A stretch of 45,801 nt of DNA from Candidatus Heimdallarchaeota archaeon. GTDB lineage: Archaea > Asgardarchaeota > Heimdallarchaeia > Heimdallarchaeales > Heimdallarchaeaceae. The notes below the pieces were generated by a model. The model saw only the letters and a list, made by a program, of their open reading frames with translations, did no database searches and was not told the DNA's origin. The stretch covers positions 1 to 45,801 of the forward strand of contig DAOVET010000011.1 of NCBI GenBank assembly GCA_030668825.1. Direction: 5' to 3'. Shown one piece after another: positions 38,443 to 45,801 of this stretch; positions within the stretch are counted from its first letter, which is position 1, and every line of letters begins with the position of its first letter. The translations under genes were made by a program, and so were the position numbers.

Positions 38443-39525
38443 ATGTCGAAAAAAGTTAAAGTTGCAATTGCGGGTCTGGGTAACTGTGCATCAGCTCTGG
38501 TACAAGGTCTAGAATATTACCAAAACGCTGATGAGAAAGATTTTGTACCTGGGGTTATGCATGTTAAGTTTGGTGAGTATCATATTTCAGATGTTGAAGT
38601 AGTAGCTGCTTTTGAGGTTAATACTAAGAAGATTGGGAAGGATATTTCTGAAGCTATTTGGCAAAGTCCAAATTGTTGTAATAAGTTTTCAGATGTCCCT
38701 CATAAAGGAATAACTGTCCTACCAGGACCTATCCATGATGGTGTTGCACCACATATGATAGAACCATTTCATTGCTATGACTCTTCAGAAGTACAACCGA
38801 TAAATATTGCAGATGCTTTAAAGGAGTCAAATGCTGATGTTTTAATTAACTTCCTTCCTGTAGGAAGTGAAGAAGCATCAAAAGTATATGCACAAGCTGC
38901 ATTAGATGCTAATGTTGCTTTTGCAAATGGGATTCCAGCATTTTTAGCTTCGAAGCCTGAATGGGCTCAAAAGTTCAAAGATAAGAATATTCCAATAGCA
39001 GGAGATGATATAAAATCTCAGCTTGGAGCAACGATTTTGCATCGTGTTCTTGTATCACTAGCTCATGACAGAGGAATTAAGCTTGATGAAACCTTCCAAT
39101 TAAATATTGGTGGAAACACTGATTTTGAGAATATGAAAAAGGAATATAGATTGACTACAAAGAGAATATCAAAAACTGAAGCAGTCACAAGCATGTTACC
39201 TTATGAAGTTCCTACTAGAATCGGTCCATCTGACTATGTTCCATTTCTAGATGATGAAAAGATCTGCTATCTTTGGTTGAAGGGTAAGAATTTTGGAGAA
39301 CAACCAATAACTGCTCAATTAAAGCTAAGTGTGCAAGATTCACCTAATAGTGCTGGTGTTATGATCGATGTAGTAAGATCTCTGAAAATTGCTTCAGACA
39401 GAAACATAGGTGGTCCTCTAATAGGCGTCTCAAGCTACTTCTTTAAACACCCACCAAAACAAATCAAAGATTCTGAAGCTAAAGAACTCGTTGAAAAATT
39501 CATAAGAGGAGAAATAACTAACTGA
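38443..39525 (+). CDS. ino1: myo-inositol-1(3)-phosphate synthase
   Basis: GLGNCAS, GDDIKSQ.GAT..HR, N.GGN.DF, K.ISKT, DSPNSAG and FKHPP motifs; AGGTGA Shine-Dalgarno before the ATG at 38443. Confidence 0.95.
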   Translation: MSKKVKVAIAGLGNCASALVQGLEYYQNADEKDFVPGVMHVKFGEYHISDVEVVAAFEVNTKKIGKDISEAIWQSPNCCNKFSDVPHKGITVLPGPIHDGVAPHMIEPFHCYDSSEVQPINIADALKESNADVLINFLPVGSEEASKVYAQAALDANVAFANGIPAFLASKPEWAQKFKDKNIPIAGDDIKSQLGATILHRVLVSLAHDRGIKLDETFQLNIGGNTDFENMKKEYRLTTKRISKTEAVTSMLPYEVPTRIGPSDYVPFLDDEKICYLWLKGKNFGEQPITAQLKLSVQDSPNSAGVMIDVVRSLKIASDRNIGGPLIGVSSYFFKHPPKQIKDSEAKELVEKFIRGEITN

Positions 39526-39532
39526 GGTGTTA

Positions 39533-40606
39533 ATGGTGAAAAATGACGTTATAAAAATAGCAATCGCTGGTATCGGGAATATTGCTTCAGGTTTACTTCA
39601 GGGCATTAATTATCTCAATATCTTTGAAGATAAAAAGGAAAAACTTCTTTATCCGAAAATCAGCAGTTATGAAGCTAAAAATATTCGAATTGTTGCTGCC
39701 TTTGATGTTGATGCTGATAAGGTCGGAAAAGACTTAGAAGAGGCTATATTCGCACCAATCAATAGTACTCCTCAATTTGTGAATGTTGAAAAGACCAATG
39801 TTGAAGTTCACAAAGGACCTGTGAAGGATGGCCTTTCAAAACACCTACTTGAAGTAATAGTAGTAGCAGAAGGTTCTGAAGCAAATGTTACTGAAATATT
39901 AAAGGATTCAGGAGCCGAGATTCTTATTTGTGCTCTTCCTTCAGGCGCAGAAAGCGCTGTTGAAACATATGCTCAAGCAGCTCTTGATGCAGAAGTAGCA
40001 TTCATAAATTGCACACCAACTAGTATTGCTAGCAGCCCTGAATGGGCAAGGAAATTCAAAAAAGCAAATGTATGTGTATTAGGTGATGATTTACAGTCCT
40101 TATCTGGAGGAACAGTTCTTCATAAAGGATTTTTAGATCTTCTAAGGGAACAAGGTGTTATCATAAAGGACACCTATCAACTAGATGTTGCTGGAGGGCT
40201 TGAAACACTGAATACACTTGATGATGATAGAAAACAATACAAACGTGAAGTAAAAGAAAGAACTATTAAACAATCTTTTGGCAATGATATAAATCTCGCA
40301 AGTGGGACATCAGACTATCTAGAATTCTTAGGAAATAGGCGAGTGGGTCATTTCTGGATACGAGGAGAAGGATTCATGGAGATGCCAGTTAAAATAGATA
40401 TTAGGTTAGAAACATTAGATGGCCCTAATGCAGCGGGAACCCTTGTAGATGTAATAAGAGCAACAAAAGTAGCTATCAATCGAGCAGGAAGTGGTCCGAT
40501 AAGTTCAATCTGTGCTTACGGTTTCAAGGCTCCTCCTGTTACAACAGATAGATATACAGCACATATTTGGTTTAGTGAGTATATACAAGGAATTAGAAGT
40601 GACTAA
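39533..40606 (+). CDS. Divergent inositol-phosphate-synthase paralogue
   Basis: Collinear with the upstream gene (GIGNIAS, AAFDVD..KVG.D, YAQAAL, FKAPP) but with altered active-site motifs; GAGGTG Shine-Dalgarno at 39524-39529. Start is approximate. Confidence 0.85.
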   Translation: MVKNDVIKIAIAGIGNIASGLLQGINYLNIFEDKKEKLLYPKISSYEAKNIRIVAAFDVDADKVGKDLEEAIFAPINSTPQFVNVEKTNVEVHKGPVKDGLSKHLLEVIVVAEGSEANVTEILKDSGAEILICALPSGAESAVETYAQAALDAEVAFINCTPTSIASSPEWARKFKKANVCVLGDDLQSLSGGTVLHKGFLDLLREQGVIIKDTYQLDVAGGLETLNTLDDDRKQYKREVKERTIKQSFGNDINLASGTSDYLEFLGNRRVGHFWIRGEGFMEMPVKIDIRLETLDGPNAAGTLVDVIRATKVAINRAGSGPISSICAYGFKAPPVTTDRYTAHIWFSEYIQGIRSD

Positions 40607-40621
40607 TTCCCTCTTCTTTTT

Positions 40622-41626
40622 TTATATATGTAAAAGATTTGTTATTTCGATTAATTTATCTCTTGAAGGACTTTTGGAAAACATATTGAGAATCGCAATT
40701 GCTTCACTGATATAATGAGATATTTGATTCTTTACTATTTCAAGAGCTCCAGAATTTACAAGTATTGACTTAATTTTTTCAGTTGGAAAGTCTTTCTTAT
40801 CAATATAATAATCATTTAGAATTTCCTTTTCATTAGGAGAGACCAGATCCATTGCCTCTAGAACTATATAGGTTTGAATACGGTTCGAGATATCAGTCCA
40901 AACACCTGATTTTCCTAAATCATTCTGCTCAGAAGTCAAATTGAAATAATCATCTTTTAATTGAAATGCCCTTCCAAATAATTTACCAAAGAGCTTCATA
41001 GATTCTCTATCTTTTTTTGAGCTATTTCCTAGAAGAACGCCAATAACAGAAGCTGCTTCAAATAAACTTGAAGTTTTTCTATCAATTAGCTGAAGCGCTT
41101 CCTCTTGAGTCATCTTATTCTTTCCAGACCGGAATTTTTGCTCTAAAAATAATGAAGTTGATAGTGTATGAATTGCTTTAATTAACTCGTCAACTATCTC
41201 AATAACGTTAGTTTTGGAAGCTAAGCTTAATGCTAAACTACTTAGGGAATAAGAAATTGAAAGTGCTGCGAAAGTGGAATACTTTAAGTAGAAAGATTTT
41301 TCTTGTCTTCGATAAATATCTTTATCGAAAATATCATCAATTATGAGTGATGCATTATGAATAACTTCTAGAGAACAAGCTGCAGCTAAACTCGTATCAT
41401 TGCGCTGTTCATTTGATATCATCTCAAATGAAAGAAGGCAGATTAAGGGTCTAATCCTTTTACCGCCATTTTGAAGGATATGATCAATTAAATCATTGAT
41501 TTCGTCATCATAAGGACTATGATTTCTTAAATCAGATAGGTAAGAATTTATTTGATCTACCTCTAATGGAAAATTTAGCTTATTAGAAGTCACTCTAATC
41601 AAGCTAATTCGAGTATCTATATTCAA
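40622..41626 (-). CDS. trans-isoprenyl diphosphate synthase (GGPP synthase-like)
   Basis: GGKRIRP, first Asp-rich motif HNASLIIDDIFD...RR, KT, second motif FQLKDDYFN. Confidence 0.9.
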   Translation of the reverse strand: MNIDTRISLIRVTSNKLNFPLEVDQINSYLSDLRNHSPYDDEINDLIDHILQNGGKRIRPLICLLSFEMISNEQRNDTSLAAACSLEVIHNASLIIDDIFDKDIYRRQEKSFYLKYSTFAALSISYSLSSLALSLASKTNVIEIVDELIKAIHTLSTSLFLEQKFRSGKNKMTQEEALQLIDRKTSSLFEAASVIGVLLGNSSKKDRESMKLFGKLFGRAFQLKDDYFNLTSEQNDLGKSGVWTDISNRIQTYIVLEAMDLVSPNEKEILNDYYIDKKDFPTEKIKSILVNSGALEIVKNQISHYISEAIAILNMFSKSPSRDKLIEITNLLHI

Positions 41627-41650
41627 AAACTTATTGAATTGTCGAAATAA

Positions 41651-43147
41651 CTAAACTAGGATTATTCCAATCAAACTGCAGAAAATTAAGAATTGTTTTA
41701 TAAAAATCACCACTGCAATTATAAGAATCAGAGCAATAAAAGAGCCCATGAACACTGCTGGTTCAGGTGAAGAGAACTTTTGACTTCTCTGAACGGGAAT
41801 AAGGAAGATCGATCTTAACAACCTAATAAGATAGACTAATGAAAAAACCATGCCTAAAAGAAGAATCACAACTGTAACATACATTCTTGGCGAGAAGAAA
41901 TCAGGAAAAGCAATTTTCTGAGAGACGAGAAGTATTGATGAAGGTGCAGCAAACATCAATAGGACATTAAGTACCATTATAAGGAATTGAGAAATAGAAT
42001 TTCTTCCAACTTCTCTTAAAATTTGTATTTCATCTGATTTGAAACCCTTTGAAATTACACCTATTGAGGAGATAGAAAATGTTATCGAAAGAATAAACGC
42101 CAGTACTCCGTAGAATGCAGTCTTTAAAGTTAGATTTATCAATTCTTCAGTGAGGATGGGGGAAAATAAATCGGATAAAACCAGAAGTATTATCCCCACA
42201 AATATGATACTGATATAGTGTATTAATTTCTGTAATCTTTTTACTGTCATGGAAGCTAAGACTCCCCAAAGAACATAGACAACACCACAAACAGTGAATA
42301 ACCAAATCAAAACTATTGAAAATGATGATTCAGCAATTGCTAAAGTATATTTAATTAAGAAAGCTAAGGCCAAACCTTTCTGAACGGAAAGCATTATCTG
42401 TGTTATTGCATTAAATTTCTCATTTTCCGATTCAAAAAAGATAAAGTGGAAAGGAGGACCCCCAACTAGAACTAATAATCCAGATAGTATGAATATCTCG
42501 CTTATGAACTCCCAGAGACGTAAAGTGGTGTTTTCTATTGACAATATAAAGGAATTTCCTGAGAGAGAATGAGCTGCAAAACCAATAAACAATAAAGATA
42601 GAGCTAAACTACTCAAAGTTAGATAGTTTCCTATGAAAGATTTCTTTTTATCGGGTATTGTTGGTCTGAAGTTTCTTATAAAGAAATTCATTCCAGTAAA
42701 AACTAATACAAAACCAAAGAAAATGAACACCAATGAATTTGCAGCAGTGATGAATATAATACTGGATTCTATTAAAAGCAAAGAGACAAAAAGCATATAG
42801 CTTTTTCTAAATTTCAACTCTATTTCGACAATAGATAAGAAAATCCCAATAATGATAGCAAATGAAACAGCATAAAATAGTCCTGAAGTAAAAGCTGAAA
42901 TGGTCAAGTTAAAAGCAATTACATAATTACTATCTAAGGGGGTGTATATGTAGCTATACACTATAACAGCAATAATACTTGAAATAAGAGCAATATAACC
43001 ATAAACAATTCTCATCCTTGTCATAAGAAACGGGAATTTTCTGACAATCTTGGAAGAGAATGACCCCAAACCGATAATTAAGATGATTCCTAGTAGAAGA
43101 ATTTCAAGAGGTAGAAAATCGTGCAAGAATGAGAGTGGATAACTCAT
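41651..43147 (-). CDS. Divergent NuoN/MrpD-like antiporter-type membrane subunit
   Basis: About 14 TM helices, PPFHF, WG.LA.....LQKL..Y.SI; last position in a J-K-L-N-like run. Confidence 0.7.
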   Translation of the reverse strand: MSYPLSFLHDFLPLEILLLGIILIIGLGSFSSKIVRKFPFLMTRMRIVYGYIALISSIIAVIVYSYIYTPLDSNYVIAFNLTISAFTSGLFYAVSFAIIIGIFLSIVEIELKFRKSYMLFVSLLLIESSIIFITAANSLVFIFFGFVLVFTGMNFFIRNFRPTIPDKKKSFIGNYLTLSSLALSLLFIGFAAHSLSGNSFILSIENTTLRLWEFISEIFILSGLLVLVGGPPFHFIFFESENEKFNAITQIMLSVQKGLALAFLIKYTLAIAESSFSIVLIWLFTVCGVVYVLWGVLASMTVKRLQKLIHYISIIFVGIILLVLSDLFSPILTEELINLTLKTAFYGVLAFILSITFSISSIGVISKGFKSDEIQILREVGRNSISQFLIMVLNVLLMFAAPSSILLVSQKIAFPDFFSPRMYVTVVILLLGMVFSLVYLIRLLRSIFLIPVQRSQKFSSPEPAVFMGSFIALILIIAVVIFIKQFLIFCSLIGIILV

Positions 43148-45093
43148 CAGATTATACCTCCAGCATAAAGAACAATTGTAATAGCAAGCATTATACCAAG
43201 TCCTAAGATTATATAAAGTAGCTGTGCTTTTAGTTTAGCACTTTCCAAGCTTTGAATAAATTGAGAGCTTCTCTTAAAGAAATTTACAGTCCGTGGAACT
43301 GCAATATTATTTACAAAATCCTTAACAAGGTTTGCTAGGTAGAAGAAAAATTTGAAGATACTGACTATTATAACCTTGTAAACAAAATCTCTGATCACAT
43401 TTACATAAAACCAGATTGCTGAAGGAATTATGATTTGAACATTTACCCAATTTATCGGTGAGAAAATAAATTCGAAATAGTAAATTTTACTCAATCTTTC
43501 TTGAATCTTTGTTGAAAATTTATTGAGAGATATTGAGAATTTTTCAGCAAATAACTCAATAACAATGTATGAAACAAGGATAACAAACCATCCCACAAAA
43601 ATTGGGATAAGAGCAATGGAAAGGCTTTCCTGGGAGAAATTAAGAGGCAATGAAAATGGATTTAAAATGTTAAAGAAGGGATAGAGAACACTATTTGCTG
43701 ATAAGAAAACTAGAATCATAATAAGTGGAAACATCTCTGAAAATTTTAGTTTCTTGAAGAGATTTTGTTTGAAATATTTCCAACTTATTTGAATACAAAT
43801 TAAAGTTATGCCCAAAACTAAACCAATGGATAAGATGTAAACAAAAAGACTCAGATTTATAATATTAGAAGTGAATAGATAACCCAAAGTAAGTAAATTA
43901 CCACTAAAAGGAATTACTGAAATTATTGAGATTATAACAATTGTAACAAGGATAATGTTAGCTATTGATCTGATAATTTTTTTACTCCTTTGACCAGTAG
44001 GAGGATCTAGGTGGATGTTTAAAGATTTTGATGAAAGAATCACAAGACCCAGAAAAGCAAAAGGTAACATCATCAAAAACTGAAAAGCACTTGACAGATT
44101 TCCACTTCCAATTGAAATTAATACCAAACCTACAGAAGAAGTGAAAACTAAAATCTGTTTTTCAAATCCTTTTGCCAGAAATATAGCGAAAAGTGTTACA
44201 ATTACAGAAAATATAATACCATACCAAGCATAATAATCTGGTACTACTACAAGTAAGTTGTAAATTGGGGAAATGAAGATGAGTGATATTCCAAGAATAA
44301 TATTGATCATTATTGGGCTAAATTTCCATGTAGATTCTTTAGAACAAACATTAGGTAGCCAGCTATGAAATGGGAATAATGAGCTTTTTGCTAATATACC
44401 TAAAAGAAACAAACAACAAAGAACAATGAAATATGGTTTAAAAATGAAAAATTTGTACTGAATATCACTCAAAATAATGTCAAAATCAAAGCTTTTTGAT
44501 CTTCTGAAAAGGAATATGAATGCTATACAGATCAGGAAATCTCCAACACCAAATGAAGCAGTCATTATCTTCAAGTTCCTCTGCTTACTTTCTTCCTGAT
44601 TCAAACTGTACAACAGTTCAATTAAGACTAAATCGGCCACAATTAAGAAGAACAGTAATTGAAAGAAGTTTGGAGATAAGATAACTAGAATAGAAATCAC
44701 TGAGTAAATAGAGATTCTGTCTACTTGATCAACAGTCCATTTCTCCTGACTCCATACCAAATAGAAATTTATCAAAGCTACAGCAGAAGTAATACCTACA
44801 AACAGAAGAACTTGGATTTGAGTTAATTGAAATCCGAGAGCAAAATTATATCCAGATATGGAAAATAAGGTTATTTCCTCTGTTAGGTTTGAAAGATCAT
44901 TTGCATTCAGAAAATGTATGGTAAGTGCAAATATAATAGAAGAGAATCCAGCTAAGGAAAGAGACACAATACTTGAATAAATTTTTCTTACCCTAATCTT
45001 ATCATTCTCTGAAAACACTAATAGACGTCTAAATATAGGTAAACCAATCAAAATCGAAACTTGAGCAATTAATAAGACAATTATGTTATTCAA
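43147..45093 (-). CDS. Divergent NuoL/MrpA-like antiporter-type membrane subunit
   Basis: S.NFFQL, GDF, AKSSLFPFHSWLP; long C-terminal amphipathic helix and final TM. Confidence 0.78.
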   Translation of the reverse strand: MNNIIVLLIAQVSILIGLPIFRRLLVFSENDKIRVRKIYSSIVSLSLAGFSSIIFALTIHFLNANDLSNLTEEITLFSISGYNFALGFQLTQIQVLLFVGITSAVALINFYLVWSQEKWTVDQVDRISIYSVISILVILSPNFFQLLFFLIVADLVLIELLYSLNQEESKQRNLKIMTASFGVGDFLICIAFIFLFRRSKSFDFDIILSDIQYKFFIFKPYFIVLCCLFLLGILAKSSLFPFHSWLPNVCSKESTWKFSPIMINIILGISLIFISPIYNLLVVVPDYYAWYGIIFSVIVTLFAIFLAKGFEKQILVFTSSVGLVLISIGSGNLSSAFQFLMMLPFAFLGLVILSSKSLNIHLDPPTGQRSKKIIRSIANIILVTIVIISIISVIPFSGNLLTLGYLFTSNIINLSLFVYILSIGLVLGITLICIQISWKYFKQNLFKKLKFSEMFPLIMILVFLSANSVLYPFFNILNPFSLPLNFSQESLSIALIPIFVGWFVILVSYIVIELFAEKFSISLNKFSTKIQERLSKIYYFEFIFSPINWVNVQIIIPSAIWFYVNVIRDFVYKVIIVSIFKFFFYLANLVKDFVNNIAVPRTVNFFKRSSQFIQSLESAKLKAQLLYIILGLGIMLAITIVLYAGGII

Positions 45094-45367
45094 TTTCCTC
45101 CCTCCTTGTTGCTTCTACATTAATATTTGATAATAAATGATCTCTGAAATGAAAAGCCAAGATTATAGTAACTGTAACTAAGCCTAATAGGAAGAATAAA
45201 ACAATATCTGTACTTATAATCGAACTAGATATAAGAAAAATACCTGATAAAAAGAGAAAGATAAAACTCATATTCATTTGAAGTTTCGATTTTGAGAACA
45301 TTAATAACAGCAAGCCTAAACAAAAACAAATGAGACTCAGGGCAATTAGATAACTTAAGAATACCAT
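45086..45367 (-). CDS. NuoK/MrpC-like small three-TM subunit (divergent)
   Basis: Size, YL.ALS..FCLGL start and position just upstream of the nuoL-like gene. Confidence 0.55.
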   Translation of the reverse strand: MVFLSYLIALSLICFCLGLLLLMFSKSKLQMNMSFIFLFLSGIFLISSSIISTDIVLFFLLGLVTVTIILAFHFRDHLLSNINVEATRREEIE

Positions 45368-45795
45368 GGTTCTTCCATCCTTTTCTTATTTTGAGCTTGT
45401 AAATCTAATACGAACACAAATGTTACTATTAGTAAAAAGATAATTCCTACAATCAGGAAAGTAATTGCATCACTGTTCTTGTAGAACAAATCGAAGAATG
45501 ATGTTTTCTCAATCCATATTACTTGATTCTCTGATAGGAAAAAAAGTATGTATACTGTAATCACTGGGAAAGCAAGTAAAGTTATAAAACTTATAGTTTG
45601 AAATCTTTTACTACCTTCCATATTTGTTTCTTTAGCTTTTGAGTCATACAAATTAAAGGCAGTTATACCAATTATGAAGAGATAGGAAAAACAAAGACAG
45701 AAAACAAACATAATTACATTGCCTATAGACAAAAATACAAACGAAAAGGACATAAAACTTACTAGGAAAACAACAAAGCTTAATCGATTAGACAT
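45355..45795 (-). CDS. Membrane protein, possibly NuoJ-like; may extend past the window end
   Basis: Four hydrophobic segments; overlaps the nuoK-like gene. Assignment is by position only. Confidence 0.4.
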   Translation of the reverse strand: MSNRLSFVVFLVSFMSFSFVFLSIGNVIMFVFCLCFSYLFIIGITAFNLYDSKAKETNMEGSKRFQTISFITLLAFPVITVYILFFLSENQVIWIEKTSFFDLFYKNSDAITFLIVGIIFLLIVTFVFVLDLQAQNKKRMEEPWYS

Positions 45796-45801
45796 CAGTA
45801 T

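Noticed and set aside
255-40715. Short ORFs on opposite or shifted frames (e.g. 1227-1505, 5257-5541, 8409-8840, 21618-21962, 31121-31435, 40512-40715)
   Set aside because: They overlap well-supported genes and have no recognisable motifs; treated as shadow ORFs.
1-45801. CRISPR arrays, tRNA/rRNA genes, transposases, proviral genes
   Set aside because: No repeat-spacer periodicity, cloverleaf or hallmark ORFs seen by eye, and intergenic spaces are short.

Overview
AT-rich, gene-dense archaeal chromosomal segment, very probably from an Asgard archaeon. This rests on an ESCRT-II Vps22/36-like gene plus archaeal MCM, GINS23, NurA-HerA, Hel308, Sm, RIO2, DRG and S17e; a Heimdallarchaeia affiliation is only a guess. 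It holds about 38 CDS. No rRNA, tRNA, CRISPR array or transposase was recognised. Main blocks: serine hydrolase plus a MoxR-type AAA+/vWA pair; a co-oriented mcm (two inteins)-hel308-gins23-pyrG-nurA-herA-Sm run; RIO2/DUF460; DRG; an MFS and an ABC-2 exporter; beta-CASP RNase/HPS; an orphan ESCRT-II subunit; udp, class II HMG-CoA reductase and a membrane esterase; S17e, a KaiC-like ATPase and a large PIN-domain protein; tandem inositol-phosphate synthase paralogues; a prenyl-diphosphate synthase; and divergent complex-I-like membrane subunits. The best candidate novelty is a correctly framed A_AAA_AAA slippery site with an open -1 frame that would join the AAA+ and vWA genes, i.e. a putative programmed -1 frameshift giving a short AAA+ protein and a long AAA+-vWA fusion. 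Other leads are a probable AUU-initiated ABC permease, a promoter-preceded GC-rich hairpin (candidate small RNA), a prenyl synthase with eukaryotic GGPPS-like motifs, an active-site-remodelled Ino1 paralogue and charge-stripped Nuo-like subunits. All family assignments are by motif recognition only; no searches were run.
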